This document shows, in pieces, positions 10,840 through 21,159 of a DNA stretch of 64,000 nucleotides. Origin of the DNA: an uncultured Aliarcobacter sp. GTDB taxonomy: Bacteria > Campylobacterota > Campylobacteria > Campylobacterales > Arcobacteraceae. Within the stretch, counting starts at the first letter, position 1. Every line of letters begins with the position of its first letter. A program made the position numbers and the translations under genes. The notes under the pieces were generated by a model. That model ran no database searches. It worked only from the letters and a program-made list of their open reading frames with translations, and was not told where the DNA came from. The stretch lies in the NCBI GenBank assembly GCA_963664305.2, contig CAXXLV010000002.1, forward strand, positions 1,536,001 to 1,600,000, read 5' to 3'.

Positions 10840-11550
10840 TTATCTTTCCACGTTAAAGTAAGGAGGTCTTTTTAATTCATAAGCTAAATATAAAGCATCA
10901 CAAATTGTCCATAAAATATCTAGTTTAAATTGTAAAATTGTAAAAGCTTTTTCTTGTAATTCTCTTGTATTAAACTCTTCAAGAGTAATTGCAAGTCCAT
11001 GTTGAACATCTCGTCTAGCTTCACTTAATCTTTTTTGGAAATATCTTAAACCCTTTTGTTCAATCCAAGGATAATTATCTGGCCAAGTATTTAATCTTTG
11101 TTGATGAATTTGTGGAGCAAACATCTCAGTTAAAGATGACATTGCAGCCTCTTTCCAAGGTCTTTGACGTGCAAAATTAACATAAGCATCAACTGCAAAT
11201 TTAACGCTAGGTAATAAAAATTTATGATTTATTAAATCCTCTTTTTTAAGTCCAACTGCTTCACCTAGTTCCAACCAAGCCTCTATTCCACCACCAACAC
11301 TATCATGGTCATTAATTCTATCTATCCATTTTCTTCTATCAACTAAACTATCACAGTTTGACATAATTGCAGCATCTTTAATAGGAATCATACATTGATA
11401 ATAAAATCTATTTGCAACCCAACCTTGAATCTCCTCTTTTGTACACTTACCTTCATACATTCTTATATGAAAAGGATGATGAATATGGTACATTTTTCCC
11501 ATATCTCTTAGTTTTGTTTCAAATTCTTCTTTACTAAAAACTTCTTGCAT
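10840..11550 (-). CDS. pqqC: Pyrroloquinoline-quinone synthase
   Basis: [26 protein letters not shown]. Confidence 0.95.
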   Translation of the reverse strand: MQEVFSKEEFETKLRDMGKMYHIHHPFHIRMYEGKCTKEEIQGWVANRFYYQCMIPIKDAAIMSNCDSLVDRRKWIDRINDHDSVGGGIEAWLELGEAVGLKKEDLINHKFLLPSVKFAVDAYVNFARQRPWKEAAMSSLTEMFAPQIHQQRLNTWPDNYPWIEQKGLRYFQKRLSEARRDVQHGLAITLEEFNTRELQEKAFTILQFKLDILWTICDALYLAYELKRPPYFNVER

Positions 11551-11560
11551 TTTCTCTCCT

Positions 11561-12475
11561 TTAAATTTCTATACTCATACCATCATAAGATACTTCAATA
11601 CCATGGGATATAAGTTCTTTATACTCAGGGCTCTCTTCATCTAAGATAGGATTTGTATTATTTATATGAATTAATATCTTTCTTGGTTTTGTTAAGGTAT
11701 CTAATAAATCAATCAATCCACCCTTATCTCTTAGGGGTAAATGTCCCATATCAGTTCCAAGTTTTGAAGAAAATCCATTTTTTATCATCTCATCATTTGT
11801 CCAAACTGTTCCATCTACAAGTAAAATATCAGCTTGACTCATCTCTTCAATTATATGTTTTTCTAAAACACCAAGTCCTGGAAGATAAAACAATCTTTTC
11901 CCTGTTTTTTTATTTAAAACAACAACTCCAATATTATCACCAACTCTTGGTCTATCTCTATATTTTGAATATGGAGGTGCATTTGAAATTAGTGGAACGG
12001 CATAAAACTCACAATTTGGCATAACTGGTATAAAAAATGGTTGTTTATTAAAAGCTATTTCATTATAAACAACTCCTCCACCATCCCAGTGTTGAAGCAT
12101 TTTAAATAAAGGAAAAGAAGTATTTAACTCTTCATGAACTTCTTTTGTACAATAAACTTGATGAGGGCATCCTTCCCTTAACATCAAAAGTCCAGTTGTA
12201 TGGTCGATTTGAGCATCAATAAAAATAATAGCTTTTATTTTTGTTTCACGTCTTTGTTGTGGATGTAAAAATGGTGAATTATGAATTTGTTCTAAAATAT
12301 CAGGACTTGTATTAAATAAAACCCAATTCTCACCGTCTTCACTAATTGTAATAGAACTTTGTGTTCTTCTTTTTATAGATTTTTTTCCTTCTCTATAACC
12401 TTTACAATTATCGCAATTACAATTAAATTGAGGAAGTCCACCACCAGCAGATGAACCTAAAACTTCTATTCTCAT
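11561..12475 (-). CDS. pqqB: PQQ biosynthesis protein (MBL fold)
   Basis: [36 protein letters not shown]. Confidence 0.95.
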   Translation of the reverse strand: MRIEVLGSSAGGGLPQFNCNCDNCKGYREGKKSIKRRTQSSITISEDGENWVLFNTSPDILEQIHNSPFLHPQQRRETKIKAIIFIDAQIDHTTGLLMLREGCPHQVYCTKEVHEELNTSFPLFKMLQHWDGGGVVYNEIAFNKQPFFIPVMPNCEFYAVPLISNAPPYSKYRDRPRVGDNIGVVVLNKKTGKRLFYLPGLGVLEKHIIEEMSQADILLVDGTVWTNDEMIKNGFSSKLGTDMGHLPLRDKGGLIDLLDTLTKPRKILIHINNTNPILDEESPEYKELISHGIEVSYDGMSIEI

Positions 12476-12530
12476 AACCTACCTTTATTTTCATAACTAA
12501 ATCTACAAAATTATAGATTTGGATATAAAA

Positions 12531-12558
12531 ATACAAGCTAGAAATTTCTAGCTTGTAT
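12531..12558 (-). terminator. Perfect 28-bp palindrome between pqqA and pqqB (stability or attenuation hairpin)
   Basis: ATACAAGCTAGAAATTTCTAGCTTGTAT. Confidence 0.7.
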
Positions 12559-12603
12559 CCAAGAACAAAATTTAATTTACAAACAGGATTTTTAATTTAT
12601 TTA

Positions 12604-12678
12604 TTATTCATGACAAATATACATTGTCACTTCAAAACCAAATCTATTGTCAACAAACATAGGTTTTTCCCATTTCAT
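12604..12678 (-). CDS. pqqA: PQQ precursor peptide, 24 aa (MKWEKPMFVDNRFGFEVTMYICHE); not in ORF track
   Basis: Translated by hand; RFGFEVTMY with E-x3-Y core; SD GGAGG upstream; lies just before pqqB. Confidence 0.95.
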   Translation of the reverse strand: MKWEKPMFVDNRFGFEVTMYICHE

Positions 12679-12704
12679 TTTTATTCCCTCCTTTATAAGA
12701 TTTT

Positions 12705-14495
12705 TTATTTGTGTAATTTAAACACGTGAACAGAGCCACCTTGGTTGATGTTTTTAACTGCTTTTGCAACTTCACCACCCCATAAAGGAACAGCTCCACC
12801 CCAACCAGAAACAACAGCTACATATTGCTCACCATTTTGTTCCCAAGTAATTGGAGAACCAACGATTCCTGAACCTACGTTAAATGAGTATAAAACTTTT
12901 CCATTTTGGTCATCTAAAGCTAATAATTTACCTTCAGGAGTTCCAGTAAATACTAAACCACCAGCTGTACTTAACACTCCTCCCCATAATGGAGCTTTAT
13001 TTTTGTAAACCCATTTAATTTGTCCAGTTACAGGATCAACCGCTTTTAAAGCACCAATGTGGTCTTCAAAAATTGGTTTAATTGTAAACCCTGCTCCTAA
13101 ATATGCTGCACCTTTTTTGTACGATACTGGTTGATTCCAAATATCCATTCCCCACTCATTTGTTGGAACATAGAATAATCCAGTGTTTTGAGAATATGAA
13201 ATTGGCATCCAGTTTTTAGCACCTAAGAATGAAGGAACTGTAAATACTGATGTTCCTTTTCCACCATCAACTGCTGCACCTGGTCTATTATCTTCATTTA
13301 CAATTGGTCTTCCATTTTCATCAATTCCTTTTGCCCAAGTAATATTCTCAGCAAAAGCAACTGATCTAATATATTTACCAGTTGTTCTATCTAAAACGTA
13401 GAAGAATCCATTTTTGTCAGCTGTTGCTCCAGCTTGAACTTTTTTACCATCTTTATCTTTGTAATCAAATGGAATAAACTCTGACATACCATCAAAATCC
13501 CATCCATCATGTGGAGTTGTTTGGAAATGCCATACAATTTTTCCAGTATCTGGATTAACTGCAACTCTTGAAGCAGAATATAAGTTATCCCCTTTTCTTA
13601 AGTGTGAATTCCATGGTGCTGGATTTCCAGTTGGAACGAAAATTAAATCTGTATCAGGGTCATATGTAACACCATTCCAAGGAGCAGCTCCACCTGATTG
13701 CCACATGTCACCTTCCCAAGTAGCGTTTAATGTACCACTAATTCCATTTTCTTTACCATTTAAGTATCCCATATGACCTTCAACCATTGGTCTCATCCAT
13801 ATAAGTTCACCAGTTTTTGGATCTCTAGCTTCTACTTTACCAACAACACCAAACTCACCACCTGAAATACCTGTGATAACTTTGTCTTTTACAATTAGTG
13901 GAGCAGCAGTTATAGAATAACCATCTTTATATTCAGAAACTTTTTTCTTCCAAACAACTTTTCCAGTTTTTCTGTCAAGTGCAACTAATTTTGCATCTAA
14001 AGTTCCAAAAATAATTAGATTATCATAAATAGCAGCACCTCTATTTATAACGTCACAACATGGTAAAATTGCATCTGGTAAGTTTGCATCATATTGCCAA
14101 ATTTCTTCACCCGTTGCTATATCAATAGCAAAAACTCTTGAATAAGAAGCTGTAACATACATTACACCATCTTTAACGATTGGTTGAGATTCTTGACCTC
14201 TTTGTTTTTCACCACCAAAACTAAAGTTCCAAACAGGAACTAAATCTTTAACACTATCTTTATTAATTTGTGTTAAAGATGAAAATCTTTGTCCTTGTTG
14301 TCCTAACCCATAAGTTAAAACATCATTTGTTGTTTTTGCATCATTTGCAATTTCTTTGTAAGTAACTGCATTATATGATGGTTCTGTAACATTAGTTGTG
14401 CTATTATTAGTAGCGTTGTTTGAAGCAACACAACCACTAATTAGTGCAGATAGTGTAACGGCAACTGCACTAGTTAGCAATTTATTTTTAATCAT
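12705..14495 (-). CDS. pedH: PQQ-dependent alcohol dehydrogenase, PedH/ExaF-like (lanthanide-type), predicted lipoprotein
   Basis: Vicinal CC (LPCCDV), [31 protein letters not shown]; lipobox LISG-C22. Confidence 0.85.
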   Translation of the reverse strand: MIKNKLLTSAVAVTLSALISGCVASNNATNNSTTNVTEPSYNAVTYKEIANDAKTTNDVLTYGLGQQGQRFSSLTQINKDSVKDLVPVWNFSFGGEKQRGQESQPIVKDGVMYVTASYSRVFAIDIATGEEIWQYDANLPDAILPCCDVINRGAAIYDNLIIFGTLDAKLVALDRKTGKVVWKKKVSEYKDGYSITAAPLIVKDKVITGISGGEFGVVGKVEARDPKTGELIWMRPMVEGHMGYLNGKENGISGTLNATWEGDMWQSGGAAPWNGVTYDPDTDLIFVPTGNPAPWNSHLRKGDNLYSASRVAVNPDTGKIVWHFQTTPHDGWDFDGMSEFIPFDYKDKDGKKVQAGATADKNGFFYVLDRTTGKYIRSVAFAENITWAKGIDENGRPIVNEDNRPGAAVDGGKGTSVFTVPSFLGAKNWMPISYSQNTGLFYVPTNEWGMDIWNQPVSYKKGAAYLGAGFTIKPIFEDHIGALKAVDPVTGQIKWVYKNKAPLWGGVLSTAGGLVFTGTPEGKLLALDDQNGKVLYSFNVGSGIVGSPITWEQNGEQYVAVVSGWGGAVPLWGGEVAKAVKNINQGGSVHVFKLHK

Positions 14496-14544
14496 ATTCT
14501 CTCCTTATATAATTTTAATAACAGACCAAATTTGTCTTATTGAA

Positions 14545-14576
14545 AGTATACATAACAAATATAGCCTAAGTTTAGC
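14545..14576 (-). promoter_or_regulatory. ADH-pqq operon promoter: two GCTA repeats plus -10 TATACT
   Basis: TAGC at 14562 and 14573; AGTATA at 14545-14550. Confidence 0.75.
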
Positions 14577-15354
14577 TATGGTTTATTTTTTTAGATTTAA
14601 ATCCAACAAACGCCATAAATAGGCTAATTACCAATGAAATTAGTAAGATAAAAAACACCTCAAAATCATATTTTCCATAAAGTGAAAAACGAATAGCCTC
14701 TACTATATAAGTAAAAGGATTAGATGATGAGATATTAAACAATAAAATAGACGAATCTTTTATCTTCCAAAGAGGATATAAAGCACTACTTAAAAAGAAC
14801 ATTGGGAAAATTACAAAGTTCATAACTGTTGCAAAATTCTCTAACTGTTTTATTACAGAAGAGATAAATAAAGCAAAAGCATTTAAGATTATTGATGAAA
14901 TTATGATTATTGGAACTGTTAGAAAAATATCTAAAACCGATAGTTCAACCCCATACCATTTAGCAATAAATAAAAAAGTTAAAGCTTGAAGAGTTGATAC
15001 GATTGCAGTTGCAAACATCTTACAAAAAAGTAGATAATTTCTATTTATATATGATGTTAAAAGTATTTTCATACTTCCCATCTCTCTATCAAAAATCATA
15101 GTTAAACTACTTTGCATTCCATTAAAAAGTAAAACCATTCCAACAAGCCCTGGAACTATATATGTTTCATAAGTAATATATGTTTCATAAGGTGGAATAA
15201 TTGCCAATCCAAGTGCTGTTTTAAATCCAACTGAAAAAATAAATAACCATAAAAGTGGTCTAACAAGTGCAGAAAAAAATCTACTTTTTTGTTTTAAAAA
15301 TCGTATTAACTCTTTATATACAATTCCATTCATGCAATAGATATATTTTTTCAT
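14572..15354 (-). CDS. ABC-2 permease of PQQ-ADH systems (PedC-like)
   Basis: LVRPLLWL, PPYETYITYETYIVPGL, DREMGSM, FFLSSALYPLWK. Confidence 0.85.
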   Translation of the reverse strand: MKKYIYCMNGIVYKELIRFLKQKSRFFSALVRPLLWLFIFSVGFKTALGLAIIPPYETYITYETYIVPGLVGMVLLFNGMQSSLTMIFDREMGSMKILLTSYINRNYLLFCKMFATAIVSTLQALTFLFIAKWYGVELSVLDIFLTVPIIIISSIILNAFALFISSVIKQLENFATVMNFVIFPMFFLSSALYPLWKIKDSSILLFNISSSNPFTYIVEAIRFSLYGKYDFEVFFILLISLVISLFMAFVGFKSKKINHS

Positions 15355-15358
15355 TTTT

Positions 15359-16078
15359 TCATCCTACAATTTGCTTGAATGTATCAACCAAATTCTCTTT
15401 TTCATATTTTTTAACAATATTTTTTACAATTCCAGTTTCTATTATTTCACCATTTTTTATTATTGAAATATTGTCATTTTCTTTTACCTCATCAAAAAGA
15501 TGTGTAATCCATAAAACAGAAATTTGTTTCTCTTCTACTAATTTTCTTACATAATCCAAAATATCAAATCTACTTTTTAAATCCAAACCAACAGTTGCTT
15601 CATCTAATAATAAAAGTTTTGGTTTATTTATCAATGCTCTTAAAATCTCTACTCGTCTTCTGTGTCCACCATTTAGTTTTCGCACTTGTGTATCCATAAC
15701 ATCTAAAAGTTCAAGTTTTTCTATTTCATCTTTTATTGAAAGAAGTGTCTCTTTAAAATTTAAACCTTTTAAAGAGCCATAGTAATAAAGATTTTGTTTT
15801 ACAGTTAAATCTAAATCCAAAGTTGGTTCTTGAAAAACAATCCCAATATCTTTTAAAGCATTTGAATAATCTTTTATTGAGTAGTTATTTATGAAGATTT
15901 CTCCAATTTGAAGAGATTGAAGTCTTGTAATCAAAGAAAAAATTGTAGATTTTCCTGCACCATTAAGTCCTAATAAAACAGAAAAAGCTCCCTCTTTTAT
16001 GGAAAAAGAGACATTATTTAATACTCTCTTTTTTCCATAATAAAAATCTATATCATTTAGTTCTAAAATATTTTTCAT
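15359..16078 (-). CDS. ABC transporter ATP-binding protein (PedB-like)
   Basis: GLNGAGKST, LNGGHRRRVE, LLLDEAT. Confidence 0.9.
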   Translation of the reverse strand: MKNILELNDIDFYYGKKRVLNNVSFSIKEGAFSVLLGLNGAGKSTIFSLITRLQSLQIGEIFINNYSIKDYSNALKDIGIVFQEPTLDLDLTVKQNLYYYGSLKGLNFKETLLSIKDEIEKLELLDVMDTQVRKLNGGHRRRVEILRALINKPKLLLLDEATVGLDLKSRFDILDYVRKLVEEKQISVLWITHLFDEVKENDNISIIKNGEIIETGIVKNIVKKYEKENLVDTFKQIVG

Positions 16079-16079
16079 T

Positions 16080-17039
16080 TTATTTATTTGGAATAACAGC
16101 TAATCCCCAAGGATATCTTCCTACAGGAATTGTTTTTTCAACTTTTAATGACTCAACATCAATTATTGAAACATCACCACTTACACCATTTGTTGTATAA
16201 AGTTTTTTCTCTCCATCTACAAAATGTAACTGCCAAACTCTTTTTCCTACAAGTAAATATTTAATTACTTTATATGTTTTTGCATCAATTACAGCAACAT
16301 GATTTGCAGGTCCTAAAGCAACAAAAGCATATTTTCCATCACTTGTAAGTTTAATTCCAACTGGTTGAATTAAATCTTTAAAAATTCCAGGAATTTTAAA
16401 TCCAATTTTTGCAACAGATGTTTTAGTTTTTGCATCAACTACCATAACTGTTCCACCAATTTCACTTGAAGCCCAAACCATACTTCCATCATGTGAAAAC
16501 TCAATATGTCTTGGTCTTTGATCAACCAATGTGTTATGAATAATCTTTTTTGTTTTTGTATCAATCCAGTGTAAAAAATTTGAAGTTTCTGTTGTATTAA
16601 TAGCAACACTTCCATCAGGACTTACAGCCATACCTTCTGGTTCAACACCTACATCGATTTGAGCTAATACAGATTTGTTTTGTGTATCAACAACAGTTAC
16701 AATTGCATCATCTTCATTTGAAATATATAACTCTTTTCCATCAGGAGTTAAAGCAAATTGTTCAGGGTCTTCACCTGAAGGTAAATCATATAAAATCTCA
16801 TTTGTTTTTGTATCCATTACTTGAACTGTATCATCATCACTTGCACAAATATAAAGTTTGCTATAGTCATTACTTAATAAAATTCCTCTTGGTCTTTGAC
16901 CTACTTTTACAGTTTTTACAACTTTATTTGTATCTGAATCTATTATGCTTAAAGTATTATCTTTTTCATTTGAAACATAAACTGTATCAGCCATAAGCAT
17001 ACTTGTTAAAATTGATATTGATAAAAAAGTCTTTTTCAT
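16080..17039 (-). CDS. YVTN beta-propeller protein of PQQ catabolism clusters (PedA2-like)
   Basis: Signal peptide; repeated YVSNE/VGxxP blades; SD GGAG before ATG 17039. Confidence 0.85.
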   Translation of the reverse strand: MKKTFLSISILTSMLMADTVYVSNEKDNTLSIIDSDTNKVVKTVKVGQRPRGILLSNDYSKLYICASDDDTVQVMDTKTNEILYDLPSGEDPEQFALTPDGKELYISNEDDAIVTVVDTQNKSVLAQIDVGVEPEGMAVSPDGSVAINTTETSNFLHWIDTKTKKIIHNTLVDQRPRHIEFSHDGSMVWASSEIGGTVMVVDAKTKTSVAKIGFKIPGIFKDLIQPVGIKLTSDGKYAFVALGPANHVAVIDAKTYKVIKYLLVGKRVWQLHFVDGEKKLYTTNGVSGDVSIIDVESLKVEKTIPVGRYPWGLAVIPNK

Positions 17040-17068
17040 ATTTTTATTCTCCATTTATTTTATGATGA

Positions 17069-17144
17069 ATTTTATATCATCTTTATAGCCTAAGTTTAGC
17101 GATTGTTTTATTGCTAAACTAAAGCTATAAATATCCATTATAAT
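17069..17144. promoter_or_regulatory. Divergent promoter pair, each with two GCTA repeats plus -10
   Basis: Minus: TAGC 17086/17097, -10 TAAAAT 17069-17074. Plus: GCTA 17113/17124, -10 TATAAT 17139-17144. Confidence 0.8.
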
Positions 17145-17167
17145 CAATGAACTAAAAAGGAGAAAAA

Positions 17168-18319
17168 ATGAAAATAATTTTATTTTTACTACTGCTATTA
17201 AATTTTATTTATGCAGATATCTTAAATACAAAAATTTTATATTTAGAACAAAAAATTGAAAAACCACCTGTTTTATCAAATATCATAGAAGAACCTGATG
17301 ATTTAGGTTTAAAAGGTGCCCAAATTGCTGTAATTGATAGTAATAAAAGTGCTAAATTTTTAAATCAAAACTTTGAACTTGAAACAAAAATATCTTATGA
17401 TGAAAATGAGTTAATAACTGCTTTTGAAGATTTTATAAAAGCAAATAACAGTTATGTGATTTTAAATGTTGAAACAACTCTTTTTGAAAAAATCGTTAAA
17501 AATCCACTTTCAAAAAATGCTTTATTAATAAACGCAAGCAATGAAAGCACACAAATTAGAAAAAATTATTGTGTTAAAAATCTAATCCACACAAGTGCAA
17601 GTAACGCAATGCTTTATGATGGATTAGTTCAATTTTTAGTAAAAAGAAATTTTAAAAATATTCTTTTAATAAGTGGAAAAAATCCAAAAGATATAGAAAT
17701 AGCAGATGATATAAAAAGAGCTGTTAAAAAATTTGGAGCAAAAATCGTTGCTGAAAAAACTTGGGAGAACAATAGTGATATCAGAAGAAAAGCTTCTGAT
17801 GAAATTCCTGTATTTACACAAGCAAAAGATTATGATGTAGTTTTAGTAGCAGATTATTATGGAGATTTTGGAGAGTTAATCTATTTTAACTCTTGGCTTC
17901 CAAGACCAGTTGCAGGAACTCAAGGATTAACTCCTGTTTTATGGCATAAAGTTATCGAAGCTTGGGGAGCTGCTCAAATGCAAAGTAGATTTGAAAAGTT
18001 CTCTTCAAGATGGATGCAATCGCGTGATTATTCAAATTGGCTTGCAGTTAGAACAATCATCACATCTATAGCAAAAACAAATACAAATGATTTAAAAACC
18101 AATCTTGATTTTATTTACTCTGATGAGTTTGATGTTGGTGCATATATGGGAAGAAAACTCTCTTTTAGAGATTATAATGGACAAGTTAGAATTCCTATTT
18201 CACTTGTTCAACCAAGAGCTTTGATTTCAACTTCACCACAAGTTGGTTTCTTACATCCAACAACAGATTTAGATACACTTGGAATTGCACCTTTTGAAAT
18301 GGAATGTAAAAATGAATAA
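17168..18319 (+). CDS. Substrate-binding protein of PQQ-ADH-associated ABC system (PedA1-like)
   Basis: Signal peptide; PRPVAGTQGL, EAWGAAQMQSRF, SFRDYNGQVRIP, LDTLG motifs. Confidence 0.8.
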   Translation: MKIILFLLLLLNFIYADILNTKILYLEQKIEKPPVLSNIIEEPDDLGLKGAQIAVIDSNKSAKFLNQNFELETKISYDENELITAFEDFIKANNSYVILNVETTLFEKIVKNPLSKNALLINASNESTQIRKNYCVKNLIHTSASNAMLYDGLVQFLVKRNFKNILLISGKNPKDIEIADDIKRAVKKFGAKIVAEKTWENNSDIRRKASDEIPVFTQAKDYDVVLVADYYGDFGELIYFNSWLPRPVAGTQGLTPVLWHKVIEAWGAAQMQSRFEKFSSRWMQSRDYSNWLAVRTIITSIAKTNTNDLKTNLDFIYSDEFDVGAYMGRKLSFRDYNGQVRIPISLVQPRALISTSPQVGFLHPTTDLDTLGIAPFEMECKNE

Positions 18320-18773
18320 AATCTTTTTATTCATTTTTCTTTTCTCTTCTTTTTTACACGCAAATTATGAAATCATAGAAAATGAAAACTTTTTTGTTGT
18401 AAAAACAGCAAACACAAATTTTCAAGAAAATCTTTTAAAACTAAAAGATGAGATAAACTTTCAAGGTTTTGTGATAGTTTATGAATTAAATCTAGCAAAA
18501 TCAACAAATGAAGTAGCAACTTTACTTGAAAAAAAATCTTATCTAAAAAATGGTACAAATCTAGGAATTTGTAAAGCAAGTTTTACGTATGAAATGGTAG
18601 AAGAAAATTTTAATAATATAAATTATTGCCCTCTTGGATTATCAATATATGAAGATTTTGATGGTTCTTTTTATATTTCATTTAAAAAATATAAACCCTT
18701 TAAAAATGAAGAAAAAATAGCAAATAAGATAAATGAAAAACTGAAAGATTTGATTTTTAAAAGTTTAGAGTAA
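18312..18773 (+). CDS. DUF302-like exported protein
   Basis: Signal peptide; IC...YCPLGLSIYE pattern; start overlaps upstream stop. Confidence 0.6.
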   Translation: MNKIFLFIFLFSSFLHANYEIIENENFFVVKTANTNFQENLLKLKDEINFQGFVIVYELNLAKSTNEVATLLEKKSYLKNGTNLGICKASFTYEMVEENFNNINYCPLGLSIYEDFDGSFYISFKKYKPFKNEEKIANKINEKLKDLIFKSLE

Positions 18774-18777
18774 AAAT

Positions 18778-19653
18778 TCAAACTTCTTTTAAGTACTCTA
18801 AAATTTTTAGATTTTTTATCTCAAACTTTGAAAAAGCGAACCATTTTTTCCCTAAATCTTTCAAACTTGCTCCTATATGAAAAACTTCTTTTTTATCGAT
18901 TATTAGAAATCTATCGTGAGAGCTTTTAAACTCATAAAGTTCTATATTTTTGTATTGTTTTTGGTACTTTTCAAAATCTAGTTTTAATGATTTTGAAATA
19001 GTATGAATATAAATTCTGGTTTTTATATTTGGATATTTAGAAAAAAGAGTAAAAACTGTTTCATCTATATAGTTATCGATTAAAGTTATTTCATTTGTTG
19101 CATTTTTTAATAAATCATTTATAAAAACATACGCATCAAAAATCTCTCCATTATAAAATATCCCTTGTTTTGGTTTTAGTTTTTTGTCTTCAAGCGAGTT
19201 TGAGATATTTTCTACTTTTGATTTTAGGATTATTACTTCTTTTTCCAGTTCTTTAAATCTTTGATTAGTAATTTTTTCACCATTAATAGCATAACCATTT
19301 TGAATATAATTTTTTAATATAGAAGTTGCCCATTGTCTAAATTTAACACCTTTTTGCGATTTCACACGATAACCAACAGAGATAATTACATCTAAATTAT
19401 AGTATTCAATATCTCTTCTTACTTCTCTTTCTCCTTCCTTTTGAAGTGTCGCAAATTTTGCGACAGTTGAATATATTTCTAATTCTTTATCTTTGAAAAC
19501 ATTACTAATATGTTTACCAATTGTTTTTATATCTCTACCAAAAAGTTCTGATATTTGGTTTCTATTTAGCCATACAGTTTCATTTTCAACCGAAACATTT
19601 AGTTCTAATTCACCATCATTATAAACTACTATATTTGATTTATTTTCTTCCAT
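18778..19653 (-). CDS. RhuM/virulence-protein family DNA-binding protein
   Basis: ETVWL, YYNLDVIISVGYRVKS, FRQWAT; C-terminal HDRFLIID...GASLKDLGKKWF domain. Confidence 0.8.
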   Translation of the reverse strand: MEENKSNIVVYNDGELELNVSVENETVWLNRNQISELFGRDIKTIGKHISNVFKDKELEIYSTVAKFATLQKEGEREVRRDIEYYNLDVIISVGYRVKSQKGVKFRQWATSILKNYIQNGYAINGEKITNQRFKELEKEVIILKSKVENISNSLEDKKLKPKQGIFYNGEIFDAYVFINDLLKNATNEITLIDNYIDETVFTLFSKYPNIKTRIYIHTISKSLKLDFEKYQKQYKNIELYEFKSSHDRFLIIDKKEVFHIGASLKDLGKKWFAFSKFEIKNLKILEYLKEV

Positions 19654-19761
19654 TTTTAGCCTTTTGGATTTATAGAAGTAATTATATGGATTTTGCTGAT
19701 TAATAATAAAAAATATTACAATTTGTTATTTTTTATTTCTTCAATTTTTTTAGGAAAAACA

Positions 19762-19781
19762 GCCATCTTAAAAAAGATGGC
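19762..19781 (-). terminator. Hairpin after the porin and small ORF
   Basis: GCCATCTT-AAAA-AAGATGGC followed by a T-rich tract on the minus strand. Confidence 0.6.
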
Positions 19782-19788
19782 ATATCTT

Positions 19789-19893
19789 TTAGTGAGTTAA
19801 AATATAATGAATTTGATAGAACATATTGATATAAATACCAATAAGTCCTATCATTCCTATCATACCCGCGCCATGTTCTTTTAGGAGTTTCAT
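19789..19893 (-). CDS. Putative 34-aa hydrophobic small protein (MKLLKEHGAGMIGMIGLIGIYINMFYQIHYILTH)
   Basis: Starts 6 nt after the porin stop and ends just before the hairpin; one hydrophobic segment; weak SD. Confidence 0.45.
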   Translation of the reverse strand: MKLLKEHGAGMIGMIGLIGIYINMFYQIHYILTH

Positions 19894-19899
19894 TTTATT

Positions 19900-21099
19900 T
19901 TAAAATTCGATATTAACTGCACCAACAACAGTATGCATATCTTCTAAACTGTTTTTATCAAAATCACCAAATGCATATCTTAAACCAAGAGTTGCACTTT
20001 TATTTAAAGCATAAGATAAACCTAAATCATATTCGTTGATTTTTAAATCTTCATTTAAACTTGAAAAAGTTGTATCTTTGATTTTATGTTGAGCTATATT
20101 TGACTCTAATGTTAAAGCTTGTGTTAAATCATATTCAAAATTTAAAGCAAAGATAGTTGTATCACCATATTTTCCAACTCTATTAAATGAATCCGTCCCT
20201 AAATCAGCATTTGTAAAATATGTTACAGGTAGATTTTCCCCTGATACATAACCATCTTTTGTATGAACTGCTGCTGCACCAATTTTAAAATCATTGATTT
20301 GTTTAGCAACTTTTAAATATGCTCCAAACATTTTTTCATCAACTTGTCCTGCTGTCGAATTACTTCTATCACCAGTTCTTTTTTCAACTTGTGTTTGTAA
20401 TTCTAATCCAGCAACTTCACCCATTGCAAAGGCATTGAACATATGACTTGTTGCATCATTATAAATTGCAGAATTTGTAGCTGTTTCAGTATTGTTTTGT
20501 AAGTAAACATATCTTCCACCAACAAGTAATTTATCAAGAATAACTTGTCCACCTAAACCATATGCATCAAAATCTCCAGTTCCAGTTCCTGATGAATTAG
20601 CACCTAAGAATGTATTTTGGTCATTATTTTTACCTTCAACTGCTTTAAAATCAAATGCATATAATAAAGTATTTTCAACTGGTGTATAACCTAAAAGAGC
20701 TAAATCAATTTTATCTCCATTAGAACCATAAAAAGGTGTTCCATATGTATCATTTATTCTTCCAGCAATTAGTAATTTATCTTGATTAAATGGAACTGTT
20801 ACATAAGCTTCTTCCCACTCAAAAGTATCGTTTGAGTTATCACCCCAAGCATCATTTTGTAATTTTATAGCTGTGTGAACTTTTATACCTTCAAGTGTAG
20901 TAAAGTCTAAATTTAGATTAACTTCTGAATCAATAATTTGTTTATCTTTTTTAACTGTTGCTGTATCACCTTTTACAGAAATTCCCCTAACTTCTGCATC
21001 ACCAGAGATTTTTAAATCTGATGCTATTTCTATAGTACCTGCCATTAATGAACTTACTACAACTGATGTTGCAAAACTGATTAATCCTAACTTTTTCAA
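19900..21099 (-). CDS. Outer membrane porin (Campylobacterota MOMP-like beta-barrel)
   Basis: Signal peptide, alternating beta-strand pattern, terminal Phe (VNIEF); TTG start with AGGA SD. Confidence 0.75.
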   Translation of the reverse strand: MKKLGLISFATSVVVSSLMAGTIEIASDLKISGDAEVRGISVKGDTATVKKDKQIIDSEVNLNLDFTTLEGIKVHTAIKLQNDAWGDNSNDTFEWEEAYVTVPFNQDKLLIAGRINDTYGTPFYGSNGDKIDLALLGYTPVENTLLYAFDFKAVEGKNNDQNTFLGANSSGTGTGDFDAYGLGGQVILDKLLVGGRYVYLQNNTETATNSAIYNDATSHMFNAFAMGEVAGLELQTQVEKRTGDRSNSTAGQVDEKMFGAYLKVAKQINDFKIGAAAVHTKDGYVSGENLPVTYFTNADLGTDSFNRVGKYGDTTIFALNFEYDLTQALTLESNIAQHKIKDTTFSSLNEDLKINEYDLGLSYALNKSATLGLRYAFGDFDKNSLEDMHTVVGAVNIEF

Positions 21100-21159
21100 A
21101 CTATTTCCTTTATAATTTTTTTTACATAAATTTATATGAAAATAAATTTTGTATTCGTT

